Shown: positions 35,672 through 45,070 of the stretch, one piece after another | How the letters are laid out: each line of letters begins with the position of its first letter | Position numbering within the stretch: position 1 is the first letter of the stretch | From: an uncultured Eubacteriales bacterium | GTDB lineage: Bacteria; Bacillota; Clostridia; Oscillospirales; Acutalibacteraceae | NCBI GenBank assembly: GCA_964613045.1 | Contig: CAZTFS010000002.1 | Location: 11,108 to 75,107, forward strand | Direction of reading: 5' to 3' | DNA length: 64,000 bases | Position numbers and translations under genes: made by a program | Notes under the pieces: model-generated | Told to the model about the DNA's origin: nothing | Databases searched by the model: none | Seen by the model: only the letters and a program-made list of their open reading frames with translations

Positions 35672-36729
35672 TAAAACTCCGTTGCTTCTATTTCATTTAT
35701 CAGTTCATCAAGAAGCTTTTCTTCAGGGACTTTTCTGAGTATTTCACCTTTGCGGAAAATAAGCCCGCAACCATCACCGCCGGCGATACCTATATCTGCT
35801 TCTCTTGCTTCGCCGGGACCGTTGACAATACAGCCCATGATGGCAACTGTTATATTTTTGTTGCAGTTTTTAAGCCTTTCTTCTGCTTCTCCTGCCAGCT
35901 TTATAAGATCTATCTTTGTTCTGCCGCAGGTCGGGCAGGACACAAAGCGAACACCTCTTTGTCTTATATCAAGAGCCTTGAGTAAGTCGTATGCCGCATC
36001 GATCTCTTTTTCCGGATCTGCTGTCAGTGAGATTCTCAATGTATCGCCAATGCCGTTAAGAAGCATGGCACCGAGTCCTGCACTGGATTTGATTATACCC
36101 ATTCTCTCGGTTCCCGCTTCCGTTATGCCTATATGTAACGGATAGTCACACATTTGGGCGACCGTGGAATATGCTTCGACTGATTTTCTTACATCGGATG
36201 ATTTAAGTGAAATTACAATATCATCAAAATCAAATTTTCTGAGCAGATCTACATGATACATTGCACTTTCAGCAAGAGCTTCGGGCGTTGGCGAGCCGTG
36301 GCGGGCGAGTATTTCTTTTTCAAGTGAACCCGAGTTTACGCCGATTCTGATGGGGATACCTTTAAGACGGCACTTGTCAGCAACTGCTTTGACCTTGCTT
36401 TCTGCACCGATATTTCCGGGATTTATCCTTATCTTATCAACACCTGCTTCTGCACATTCGAGAGCTATTCTGTAATCAAAATGAATGTCAGCAACAACGG
36501 GAATCGAAAGCTTCTCCTTTAATTTGTAAACAGTGTTAACGCAATCAAGATCGGGAACGGCAGTTCTGATTATTTCACAGCCTGCATTCTGAAGTCTCAC
36601 AGCCTGCTGAACACAGGCATCCGCATCCGATGCAGGCGTGTTGAGCATAGATTGCACTGCGATCGGGTTTTCACCGCCGATAATTATATTGCCTATTTTA
36701 ATTTCCTTCGCTTTTCTTCTTGAATACAT
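35671..36729 (-). CDS. ispG: 4-hydroxy-3-methylbut-2-en-1-yl diphosphate synthase
   Basis: IGGENPIAVQSM, RINPGNIG, C-terminal CPTCGR...GCIVNGPGE Fe-S cysteines. Confidence 0.93.
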   Translation of the reverse strand: MYSRRKAKEIKIGNIIIGGENPIAVQSMLNTPASDADACVQQAVRLQNAGCEIIRTAVPDLDCVNTVYKLKEKLSIPVVADIHFDYRIALECAEAGVDKIRINPGNIGAESKVKAVADKCRLKGIPIRIGVNSGSLEKEILARHGSPTPEALAESAMYHVDLLRKFDFDDIVISLKSSDVRKSVEAYSTVAQMCDYPLHIGITEAGTERMGIIKSSAGLGAMLLNGIGDTLRISLTADPEKEIDAAYDLLKALDIRQRGVRFVSCPTCGRTKIDLIKLAGEAEERLKNCNKNITVAIMGCIVNGPGEAREADIGIAGGDGCGLIFRKGEILRKVPEEKLLDELINEIEATEF

Positions 36730-36756
36730 AATATCACCAAATTTTAAATTTATCCG

Positions 36757-37848
36757 CTAATTGACGATTAAATTTTTAATATCGTTAAATGTTATCACAA
36801 CCATCAAAAGCATGAGAAGCACAAGTCCTGCGGCATGTATAAAGCCTTCATATTTTGCGGGAACAGGCTTCTTTCTTATCGCTTCGATAAGAATAAAGAA
36901 CAGTCTGCCGCCGTCAAGGGCAGGAACGGGAAGCAGATTGAACACGCCTACATTTATTGATATAAGAGCCATGATGTAAACTATCATATCAAAGCCGACA
37001 CCTGTTGAAACGGCTTCGCTTGTGGCGTTTGCTATTATAGAGACCGTGCCGACAGGTCCGGAAAGATCGTTTATTCCGTAGTGTCCCGTTACAAGATCAA
37101 ACAGCGTCAGCCAGACAAGTCTTGCTATTGACAATGTGTCCTTTGCTGCAGTCGATATTACATTCAGCGGTGTTTTCTCAACACCGATTATAATAAAATC
37201 GTATATTATTGTATTGTTGCCGTCTTCATCGGCAGTACGCTCAAAAGCGACATCGGAAAGCGTTATTTTTTCACCGTTGCGTTCTACAACGAACTCATAT
37301 ACGCCGTCATCATCTCTTGCAAGACAGTAGCTGAGATCACGTGAGGAAAAAATGCTTGTACCGTTGATCTCCTTTATGATATCGCCCGTTTCAAGTCCTG
37401 ATTGCTGACTGACAGCGTTTTCATAAAAACTGTGGATCTGAGTTGTGCCTATAAGATCTTCCATACAGGTAAGTATAGTTACAAATATAAAACCAAGTAT
37501 AAGATTCATTATTGCACCTGCGGCAACTATGATGAATTTTTTCCACCACTTTTTTTTGCAGAATGCATTTTCATCTTCACTTTCTTCGTCCTCACCCTCC
37601 ATGCTTACAAAACCGCCGATGGGGAAGCATCTGAGCGAATACTGAGTGTCGCCTTTTTTCTTTTTGAATATGGCAGGACCCATACCGAGAGAAAACTCAT
37701 TAACTTTGACTTTAAAGAGCTTTGCGGAAAGAAAGTGTCCGAGCTCATGTATTCCTATGATAAGACCGAAGAAAAGTATTGCGACCAGAATCGGCCATAC
37801 CTTGCTCCATACGGCAGATATATCTATTGCGAGTAAAAGTGTGCTCAA
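36757..37848 (-). CDS. rseP: RIP metalloprotease RseP (site-2 protease, M50)
   Basis: HELGHF zinc motif, central PDZ-like segment, LLPVPALDGG. Confidence 0.9.
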   Translation of the reverse strand: MSTLLLAIDISAVWSKVWPILVAILFFGLIIGIHELGHFLSAKLFKVKVNEFSLGMGPAIFKKKKGDTQYSLRCFPIGGFVSMEGEDEESEDENAFCKKKWWKKFIIVAAGAIMNLILGFIFVTILTCMEDLIGTTQIHSFYENAVSQQSGLETGDIIKEINGTSIFSSRDLSYCLARDDDGVYEFVVERNGEKITLSDVAFERTADEDGNNTIIYDFIIIGVEKTPLNVISTAAKDTLSIARLVWLTLFDLVTGHYGINDLSGPVGTVSIIANATSEAVSTGVGFDMIVYIMALISINVGVFNLLPVPALDGGRLFFILIEAIRKKPVPAKYEGFIHAAGLVLLMLLMVVITFNDIKNLIVN

Positions 37849-37853
37849 AAAGT

Positions 37854-39008
37854 TCAGTCCTTTCGTGATACAGCGGAAAGCACCGCTTCTCTGACTGTTT
37901 TATCGGTGTCGTCGATGTCTTCAACAGTAAAGCTGTCTGTGATTTTTGCCTTTGATGCCCCTTCAATTATAAGGTCGGGGATATGGTTGAATTTTACCTT
38001 GCCCTCACGGAAAAGCCTGTTGACTTCTTCATTTGCCGAATTGACAGCAGCAGGCATAAGTCCGCCTTTTGTTATTGCATCTCTGCAGATGCCGATACAT
38101 CTGAATGTTTCGTAATCGGGCTTGTAGAACGAAAGTGTCGCAAGTGATGCGAAATCAATTTCACCCACAGGCGATTCGTATCTTTCGGGATATGTCAGTG
38201 CATACTGGATAGGTATCCTCATATCGGGAAGTCCAAGCTGAGCGATAACGGAATTATCGTCATATTCTATCATGGAATGAACGATACTTTCCCTGTGGAC
38301 GATTATATCTACCTTTTCGGGGGCAACATCAAACAGCCACACAGCCTCAATAAGCTCAAGACCTTTGTTGAACATCGTTGCGGAATCTATTGTGATCTTT
38401 GCTCCCATGCTCCAGTTCGGATGCCTGAGTGCATCTGCGGCAGTGACATTTTCAAGCTCACTTTTTGTTCTTCCGAAGAAAGGACCGCCGGAGGCAGTAA
38501 GAATGATTTTTTTCAGAGCTTTATTTGAGGGCTTTCCCTGAAGACACTGAAAAATAGCCGAATGCTCACTGTCAACAGGAAGTATAGGTACATTATTTTT
38601 CTTTGCTGCATTTGTAACTAACTGACCGCCTGCCACAAGGGATTCCTTGTTTGCAAGAGCAAGTGCCTTGCCGGAATTTATTACAGCCAGTGTCGGCTTA
38701 AGTCCTGCCATTCCTACGATTGCATTGATAACAGTATCTGCTTGAGTTTCGGCAGCACATTCGCAAATACCTTCAACACCCGAAAGTACTTTTATTTCGG
38801 TGTCTGCAAGCTTTGTTCGTAAATTCTCCGCTTCTTTTTCATTATAAAGTGCAACCTTTTCGGGATTCAGAAGTCTTGCCTGCTTTTCGAGAATATCAGA
38901 ATTTGAATGAGCCGTAAGAGCTGTTACTTTGTAGCCATGCTTGATGGCAACATCAATAGATTGAGTTCCTATTGAACCGGTTGAACCGAGAATAGCAATT
39001 TTCTTCAT
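37854..39008 (-). CDS. dxr: 1-deoxy-D-xylulose 5-phosphate reductoisomerase
   Basis: MKKIAILGSTGSIGTQ, LANKESLV, DSEHSAIFQC, NKGLE. GAGG RBS favours ATG 39008. Confidence 0.93.
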   Translation of the reverse strand: MKKIAILGSTGSIGTQSIDVAIKHGYKVTALTAHSNSDILEKQARLLNPEKVALYNEKEAENLRTKLADTEIKVLSGVEGICECAAETQADTVINAIVGMAGLKPTLAVINSGKALALANKESLVAGGQLVTNAAKKNNVPILPVDSEHSAIFQCLQGKPSNKALKKIILTASGGPFFGRTKSELENVTAADALRHPNWSMGAKITIDSATMFNKGLELIEAVWLFDVAPEKVDIIVHRESIVHSMIEYDDNSVIAQLGLPDMRIPIQYALTYPERYESPVGEIDFASLATLSFYKPDYETFRCIGICRDAITKGGLMPAAVNSANEEVNRLFREGKVKFNHIPDLIIEGASKAKITDSFTVEDIDDTDKTVREAVLSAVSRKD

Positions 39009-39019
39009 TTTCATCAGCC

Positions 39020-39859
39020 TCAGATGTTAATAAAATAAAGTATCATATAAAGTGCCGCAAGGACAAAAACGCAACTGTCTATTCTGTCCATCACACCGCC
39101 GTGACCGGGGAAAAGATTTCCGAAATCCTTTATATTGTGGTTTCTTTTTATGATAGATGCGGAAAGATCGCCGAACATGCTGATAACGGAAAGTACGGCA
39201 CTTATAATTATTATCTGCCACCATAATATTGTATGCACAGTGAACAGGAATTTATCAAAAATAAGAAAAACAATTATATTGAGTATGACAGTTCCGATAA
39301 TACCGCCTACTGCACCTTCAACAGTTTTATTGGGACTGATATTCGGGCAGAGCTTGTGTTTTCCGAATAATTTACCTGCAAAAAGTGCAAACGAGTCAGT
39401 ACCCCAGGCACAAAGCATTGCAAAAAGGATAAAATACACACCGTTGGTTTTTGTGTATAATTCGGGCTCGGTAACGTAACAGTCACGCAGTCTGATAAAT
39501 ACAGACAGGGAAGTAGGAATTGCGACTGTTGAAAACAGTGCGGTAATTACATCGCTGAATGCGGTCTTACTGTACATGAGCACCATTATGATGAAATATA
39601 CCAGCACATAAATGATTGCGACTGGCATAAGCGGAATTTCTATATTGAAATGAACAAGGAACGGAATTGCAGCTGCAGAAATACAGCTCAATGACATAAG
39701 TAAATGATTCTTACCGCCTGTTGCTTTTATTATTTCATAAACAGCGATCGCTGAAAAAAGTGCCAGAATTATCGGGAAGATAATTGTATGCATAAATGCA
39801 AAACAGGGAACTACTATGACTGCGATTGCGACTATTGCGGTTATTATTCGTTTTTTCAT
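39020..39859 (-). CDS. cdsA: Phosphatidate cytidylyltransferase
   Basis: SIIKRNHNIKDFGNLFPGHGGVMDRIDS signature; polytopic. Confidence 0.9.
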   Translation of the reverse strand: MKKRIITAIVAIAVIVVPCFAFMHTIIFPIILALFSAIAVYEIIKATGGKNHLLMSLSCISAAAIPFLVHFNIEIPLMPVAIIYVLVYFIIMVLMYSKTAFSDVITALFSTVAIPTSLSVFIRLRDCYVTEPELYTKTNGVYFILFAMLCAWGTDSFALFAGKLFGKHKLCPNISPNKTVEGAVGGIIGTVILNIIVFLIFDKFLFTVHTILWWQIIIISAVLSVISMFGDLSASIIKRNHNIKDFGNLFPGHGGVMDRIDSCVFVLAALYMILYFINI

Positions 39860-39917
39860 TGTATTTACCTCTCAAAACACTTATAGCGGAGTTAAGATCA
39901 ACTCCGCTTGAAAGTGC

Positions 39918-40655
39918 TTATATTCCGCCGAAACGGCGGTTTCTTTTTTCGTAGCCTCTGAGAGCTTCGTTAAAATTCTCTTCTGTAAAATCAGGCCATA
40001 ATATGTCTGAAAACCACAACTCTGAATAAGCACCTTGCCATGTCAGAAAGTTAGATGTTCGGTATTCACCGCTGGGACGGATAATAAGGTCGGGATCGGG
40101 CTGACCTGCGGTGTAGAGATAGTCGGAAATGAGTTTTTCATCGATATCATCAGCATCTATTTCACCGTCAGCAGCTTTTTTTGCAATGTTTTTAACGGCA
40201 TTGACGATCTCATGTCTGCCGCCGTAATTGATTGCAATATTTAATGTTACCTTATTCTTCTTTTCGGTAAGTTTTTCTGCATAGTCCATAAGATTGAGAA
40301 GTTCAGCAGACATACCGTTTCTGTCGCCTATGAACTTGAGCCTTATGCCCTTTTCCTCATTTTCACCGATTCTTTCGATCACTTCATTGAGATAATCGCC
40401 GAAAAGGTCCATGATAGCATTGACTTCAGCTTCGGGACGTTTCCAGTTTTCGGTTGAGAATGCGTAAAAGGTAACATATTTTATACCTATATCAGCGGCG
40501 TATTCGCCTATTTTACGGAAAGTTTTTGCACCTGCTTTATGACCTTCGCTTCTGGGAAGCTCTCTGTTTTTAGCCCATCTGCCGTTACCGTCCATGATAA
40601 TGCCAACATGCTCAGGTAAAACAGAAAATTCGGGCAATACTTTTTTGTCTGACAT
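39918..40655 (-). CDS. uppS: Isoprenyl transferase (undecaprenyl-diphosphate synthase)
   Basis: HVGIIMDGNGRWA, FSTENWKRP, RTSNFLTWQ. Confidence 0.93.
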   Translation of the reverse strand: MSDKKVLPEFSVLPEHVGIIMDGNGRWAKNRELPRSEGHKAGAKTFRKIGEYAADIGIKYVTFYAFSTENWKRPEAEVNAIMDLFGDYLNEVIERIGENEEKGIRLKFIGDRNGMSAELLNLMDYAEKLTEKKNKVTLNIAINYGGRHEIVNAVKNIAKKAADGEIDADDIDEKLISDYLYTAGQPDPDLIIRPSGEYRTSNFLTWQGAYSELWFSDILWPDFTEENFNEALRGYEKRNRRFGGI

Positions 40656-40656
40656 A

Positions 40657-41217
40657 TCAGATCTCCATAAGTTCTGCAGTCTTAGCTTTTTCGATTTCTT
40701 CGATCTTCTTGATGTATTCGTCTGTGATCTTCTGGATCTTGTCTTCAGCCTGCTTCTGATCGTCTTCTGTGATCTCGCTTGCTTTCTTCATAGCTTTGAC
40801 CTTGTCGATAGAATCTCTTCTGATCTGACGGATCGCAACCTTTGAATCTTCTGCTGTCTTAGAAACATCCTTTGAAAGCTGTTTTCTTCTTTCCTCAGTG
40901 AGAGGCGGGAAGTTAAGTCTGATAACAGTTCCGTCATTCTGAGGGTTTATGCCGAGATCAGACGTCTGGATAGCCTTGCAGATGAGTGTAAGAGCTGATT
41001 TGTCCCAAGGCTGGATAACAAGAGTTCTTGCGTCTGCGTTAGAAATGCTTGCCATCTGAGCAATGGGTGTGGGTGTGCCGTAATAGTCAGCCTGGATCTT
41101 ATCAAGGACCTTTGCACTTGCTCTGCCTGCTCTTATTGAATCATATTCGGAATGAAGAGCGTTTATAGTTTTATTCATGCGTTCTTTTGTTTTTTCATAA
41201 AGTTCTTTGAGTTCCAT
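40657..41217 (-). CDS. frr: Ribosome recycling factor
   Basis: IRAGRASAKVLD, NFPPLTEERRKQL; 186 aa. Confidence 0.93.
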   Translation of the reverse strand: MELKELYEKTKERMNKTINALHSEYDSIRAGRASAKVLDKIQADYYGTPTPIAQMASISNADARTLVIQPWDKSALTLICKAIQTSDLGINPQNDGTVIRLNFPPLTEERRKQLSKDVSKTAEDSKVAIRQIRRDSIDKVKAMKKASEITEDDQKQAEDKIQKITDEYIKKIEEIEKAKTAELMEI

Positions 41218-41271
41218 TGTAATGCCTCCTGATTTTGATTTTATGTAATTATTTTATAACAAATTTGTTTA

Positions 41272-41979
41272 TCAGTCAATAACAAGTGTGCCGATATTTT
41301 CTCCGCAAACAGCTCTCAAAACATTTTCGGGATCCTGAAGATTGAAAACAAGGATGGGAATATTGTTGTCCTTGCAGAGTGCAGCTGCCGTGCTGTCCAT
41401 AACGCCGTAGCCTTTCTCGACGACCTGTGCGTGGGTAAGAGTATCAAATTTTACGGCATCGTCAAACTTGTTGGGATCTTTGTCGTAAACACCGTCAACA
41501 TTTGTTGCCTTGAGCATAACATCTGCTTTGATCTCAGCGGCTCTTAATGAAGCTGCTGTATCAGTGCTGAAGAAGGGAGAACCTGTACCGCAACCGAAAA
41601 TTACAACTCTTCCTTTTTCAAAGTGGCGGATTGCCTTGTTTCTGATGTACGGCTCTGCGATCTGACGCATTTCGATTGCGGTCTGAACTCTTACGGGAAC
41701 ATCCATCTGTTCGAGAGTGTCCGCAATAGCGAGAGCGTTCATTGTGGTTGCGAGCATACCTATATGATCTGCTCTTGTTCTGTCCATATTACCGCTGGAA
41801 CGACCTCTCCAGAAGTTTCCGCCGCCGACTACGATACCTATTTCCGTTCCGATCTCAGAGCATTTTTTGATAACATTGCAAACGCTTGCAACAGTATCAA
41901 AATCAATACCGGTCTTGTTATCGCCTGCGAGAACTTCACCGCTGAGCTTTAAAAGTATGCGGTTGTATTTCTTATCCAT
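41272..41979 (-). CDS. pyrH: UMP kinase
   Basis: [40 protein letters not shown] before ATG 41979. Confidence 0.92.
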   Translation of the reverse strand: MDKKYNRILLKLSGEVLAGDNKTGIDFDTVASVCNVIKKCSEIGTEIGIVVGGGNFWRGRSSGNMDRTRADHIGMLATTMNALAIADTLEQMDVPVRVQTAIEMRQIAEPYIRNKAIRHFEKGRVVIFGCGTGSPFFSTDTAASLRAAEIKADVMLKATNVDGVYDKDPNKFDDAVKFDTLTHAQVVEKGYGVMDSTAAALCKDNNIPILVFNLQDPENVLRAVCGENIGTLVID

Positions 41980-42011
41980 AATTTTAAGTACCTCCGTTTG
42001 TATTCTAATAT

Positions 42012-42040
42012 ATTCTACAATATTTTTTTTCACCTGTAAA
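42012..42040 (-). promoter_or_regulatory. SigA-type promoter for the pyrH-frr-uppS-cdsA-dxr-rseP-ispG operon
   Basis: On the minus strand: TTTACA (42040-42035), 17-nt spacer, TAGAAT (42017-42012). Confidence 0.5.
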
Positions 42041-42059
42041 GAGTATTAACAATAAATTG

Positions 42060-42088
42060 TTGACTAAATTAAAAAAAAAGTATATAAT
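42060..42088 (+). promoter_or_regulatory. SigA-type promoter for the kinase gene
   Basis: TTGACT (42060-42065), 17-nt spacer, TATAAT (42083-42088). Confidence 0.55.
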
Positions 42089-42132
42089 TACAAGCGTAAT
42101 TTATCATTTTTGAATGAAAGGAACTTATATAT

Positions 42133-43260
42133 ATGGCTATTATTGAGGATAAACTCCCTGAAACTATAAATGATATACTCTCAGCATTCGGTATCGAAGG
42201 ACTTGAGAACTGGAAAATGATACATAACGGTCATATTAACCGTACTTATGTTATCGAATTTAAAAAGAGTAACGAAAAAGTAAAATGGCTTTTACAGCAG
42301 ATAAATACTGATGTTTTTAAAATGCCCGTAGAACTCATGGATAATGTAATGCGTGTTACATCCTTCCTTAAAGAGAAGATAATTGAAGAGGGCGGCGATC
42401 CTGACAGGGAAACTCTTACTGTTTATCCCACGGTTGACGGTGAAAATTGCTTTTTTGATGTAAACGGTAAGTGCTGGAGAATGTATAATTTCGTTGACAA
42501 TGCGTTCTCGTATAACAGTATTGAGAATGACGAACTGTTTTTCAGAGCAGGTGCTTCCTTCGGTAAATTCCAATCTCAGCTTGCAGACTTTCCGATCGAT
42601 ACTCTTCATGAAACTATTCCTGATTTTCACCATACATATAAAAGATTTCTTAATCTGCTGGCTTCCGAAGAGAAAAATATGTCGGGCAGAGTATGTAATG
42701 TGCGTGCAGAACTTGATTTTGCGAAGGAAAGGGAAGCTGATACTAAAACTGTAGTAGATCTTATTGAAAAAGGTGAGATTCCCGTAAGAGTTACTCACAA
42801 TGATACCAAGCTTAACAATATTATGTTTGACAGTGAAACAAAAAATCCCGTTTGTGTTGTGGATCTTGATACCGTTATGCCGGGATCTTCCCTTTATGAT
42901 TTCGGTGATGCCATCCGATTCGGTGCAAGCACCGCTGCCGAGGATGAAAAGGATCTTTCAAAGGTCTCAACGGATCTGAATCTTTATGAAAAATATGTCC
43001 GTGGTTATTTGAGTACTGCAGGTAAGAGTCTTAATGAAAAGGAGATTGAATATCTTCCGTTCTCAGCAAAGCTTCTTACTCTTGAGTGCGGTATGCGATT
43101 CCTTACCGACTATATTGACGGTGATGTTTATTTCGGTACTTCATATCCTGAGCATAATCTTGACAGATGCCGTACTCAGTTCAAGCTTGTTGCCGATATG
43201 GAAGAAAAAATGGATGAGATGATAAGGATCACAAAAGATGCATATTCAGAAGCTTTATAA
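42133..43260 (+). CDS. nahK: N-acetylhexosamine 1-kinase-like APH-family sugar kinase
   Basis: Long colinear matches to Bifidobacterium NahK as I remember it: VTHNDTKLNNIMFD, DLDTVMPGSSLYDFGDAIRFGASTAAEDEKDLSKV, ECGMRFLTDYIDGDVYF, YPEHNL. Confidence 0.75.
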   Translation: MAIIEDKLPETINDILSAFGIEGLENWKMIHNGHINRTYVIEFKKSNEKVKWLLQQINTDVFKMPVELMDNVMRVTSFLKEKIIEEGGDPDRETLTVYPTVDGENCFFDVNGKCWRMYNFVDNAFSYNSIENDELFFRAGASFGKFQSQLADFPIDTLHETIPDFHHTYKRFLNLLASEEKNMSGRVCNVRAELDFAKEREADTKTVVDLIEKGEIPVRVTHNDTKLNNIMFDSETKNPVCVVDLDTVMPGSSLYDFGDAIRFGASTAAEDEKDLSKVSTDLNLYEKYVRGYLSTAGKSLNEKEIEYLPFSAKLLTLECGMRFLTDYIDGDVYFGTSYPEHNLDRCRTQFKLVADMEEKMDEMIRITKDAYSEAL

Positions 43261-43266
43261 GGGGGA

Positions 43267-44001
43267 ATGTATATGAAAAAAGAAGAACTTGTAAAACAGA
43301 TAGAATTTAAGGCGGCATCAATTTTTGTTTCTGCATCAGTCGGTCTTGCTGTTGCATCAGCATTGGCATATATAACATCTGCCGTAAGCTCGATCAATGA
43401 TATTGTTCAGATGATTTTTCAGATTTTGTCTGTTGCATTCATGATATTTGCATATGTGATGACAGTCAAGGGCTTTTCTTCAGTTAATAAATCATGTAAA
43501 CTCAGTGAAGCAAATGAGAATTATTATTTCGGCAAAAACATGATGATATTTTCAATTCTGAGTATCGTTCTGAGTATTGTTCTGGAGATCGTTGCTTTTA
43601 TGCTTTACATGATGCTTTCAGTTTACAAGAACGCCGAAAGTCTGACACCTCAGGAGGTTGCTGCAGCAGGTAATCTGAAAATTATAACAGCTGTTGTTGT
43701 AATTGCCGTTCAGCTTGTGTCTGTTTCCATGCCATATATATTTTATATGTGGAATATTCACAAAACAACACCCAAAACAAATTCGATCAACAGTTTTGCA
43801 CTTTTTACAATGTTTGTAATGATAGTGAGAACTGCAATAGGTATTCTCAACGCAATATACAGCATAAAGGGTGGGGATACATCATTCCTTTCAAGCTTTG
43901 CTGAGATACTTAAAGTTGCACAGTATCTTTTGCTTACCGTTTTCTTTGTTGTCAGAAGAAAAAGTCTTGTTACTGTTAATGAATTGAAGATAGAAGAATA
44001 G
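43267..44001 (+). CDS. Hypothetical membrane protein (about 6 TM)
   Basis: Hydrophobic helices throughout. Starts 6 nt after the kinase gene. Confidence 0.6.
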   Translation: MYMKKEELVKQIEFKAASIFVSASVGLAVASALAYITSAVSSINDIVQMIFQILSVAFMIFAYVMTVKGFSSVNKSCKLSEANENYYFGKNMMIFSILSIVLSIVLEIVAFMLYMMLSVYKNAESLTPQEVAAAGNLKIITAVVVIAVQLVSVSMPYIFYMWNIHKTTPKTNSINSFALFTMFVMIVRTAIGILNAIYSIKGGDTSFLSSFAEILKVAQYLLLTVFFVVRRKSLVTVNELKIEE

Positions 44002-44026
44002 TTAAATTTTATTATCTGTCAAAATT

Positions 44027-44057
44027 AAAGCCGCAGTTTTTACTGGGGCTTTTCTTA
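44027..44057 (+). terminator. Rho-independent terminator
   Basis: AAAGCCGCAG / CTGGGGCTTT (one mismatch), then a T-rich run. Confidence 0.6.
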
Positions 44058-44110
44058 TTCTCGGTTTCTTTCGTAAATTATGTTGAGAGTCAAGAGTTTG
44101 TTTTTTTTTG

Positions 44111-44151
44111 AAAAAAATAAGGCTGTATCAACTTTTTTTGCGGATACAGCC
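44111..44151 (-). terminator. Rho-independent terminator after mscS
   Basis: GGCTGTATC / GATACAGCC hairpin (44121-44151), followed on the minus strand by TTATTTTTTT. Confidence 0.7.
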
Positions 44152-44158
44152 TTCAACG

Positions 44159-45055
44159 TTATTCTTTTGTAAGATGCACATCCATCTGCGGGAAAGGAAT
44201 CTGAATATCTCTTTCGTCGAATACCTTCTTCACTTTTTCCATCAGATTGAATTTAACATCGGAATACAGTTCTGTTTTGCACCATACTCTGAGCTGATAT
44301 GCAACTGCACTGTTGTCAAACGATGTAAGTACAGCTACCGGTTCCGGAGCGGAAAGCACATTTTCATTCATCTTTGCAACATCCAGAAGAGCCTGTTTTA
44401 CCTTGTCTGAATCCTCTGAGTAGGCGGCAGTTATGTTTATATCAACACGCCTTGTGCTGTATGTGCTGTAGTCTGTCAGTGAATCTGAAGAAATATTACC
44501 GTTCGGTATGATAACCATTTTATTATCAAAAGTCGTTATTTTTGTATAAAAAATATTTATTGACTTTACCGTTCCTTCGTATTCACCGAATTTTATGTAA
44601 TCACCGACAACAAAGGGTTTAAATGCGGTGATTATAAATCCGCCTGCAATGTTGGATAGACTGTTCTGAAGTGCAAGACCTATTGCTATTGCACATGAGC
44701 TTAGTATTGTAACCATCGACGTCATCGGGACGCCGATGATTGCCAGCACTGTAATAACCAAAAGTATTTTTAGAAATATTGTGGAGAAACTTCTGAAAAA
44801 TGATCTCGTGGTGGGTTCAAGCTTGTTTAATATTTTTCCTTCTTTGATCTTTGCAGAAAAGATATTGACAACTTTCCAGCCCACGAGTAAAAGTACGATT
44901 GCACAAACAAAATTTATACCTGTATCAGCAATAAGTTCTGCGATTTTGTTTTTAACGGCTTCAAATATCGCACCTGCATTGCTTATATTTTCACTGATAT
45001 TTGAAATATCAATATCTGTAAGATCTATCTCAGTAGCAACTTCGAGCAATTTCAT
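44159..45055 (-). CDS. mscS: Small-conductance mechanosensitive channel (MscS family)
   Basis: IGLALQNSLSNIAGGFIITAFKPFVVGDYI, GTVKSINIFYTKITTFDNKMVIIPN. AGGTG RBS before ATG 45055; the ORF-track start is a GTG at 45064. Confidence 0.88.
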   Translation of the reverse strand: MKLLEVATEIDLTDIDISNISENISNAGAIFEAVKNKIAELIADTGINFVCAIVLLLVGWKVVNIFSAKIKEGKILNKLEPTTRSFFRSFSTIFLKILLVITVLAIIGVPMTSMVTILSSCAIAIGLALQNSLSNIAGGFIITAFKPFVVGDYIKFGEYEGTVKSINIFYTKITTFDNKMVIIPNGNISSDSLTDYSTYSTRRVDINITAAYSEDSDKVKQALLDVAKMNENVLSAPEPVAVLTSFDNSAVAYQLRVWCKTELYSDVKFNLMEKVKKVFDERDIQIPFPQMDVHLTKE

Positions 45056-45070
45056 ACTTTTCACCTGTTA

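Noticed and set aside
39885-39908. Hairpin AGCGGAGTT/AACTCCGCT between uppS and cdsA, considered as an internal terminator.
   Set aside because: No T-run follows it on the transcribed (minus) strand, and it sits inside a conserved operon. It is more likely a processing or stability element, or has no function.
41980-42033. An 18-codon N-terminal extension of pyrH in the ORF track.
   Set aside because: The extension covers the inferred promoter -10 element and the RBS. GGAGG precedes ATG 41979, and UMP-kinase homology starts there.
42292-42798. A 168-aa ORF antisense to the NahK-like gene (and, similarly, 58003-58503 antisense to mtaB).
   Set aside because: These are shadow ORFs opposite genes with strong homology signals.
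44108-44410. A 100-aa plus-strand ORF overlapping the mscS terminator and the 3' end of mscS.
   Set aside because: It starts inside the terminator hairpin, lies antisense to conserved MscS sequence, and has no RBS.
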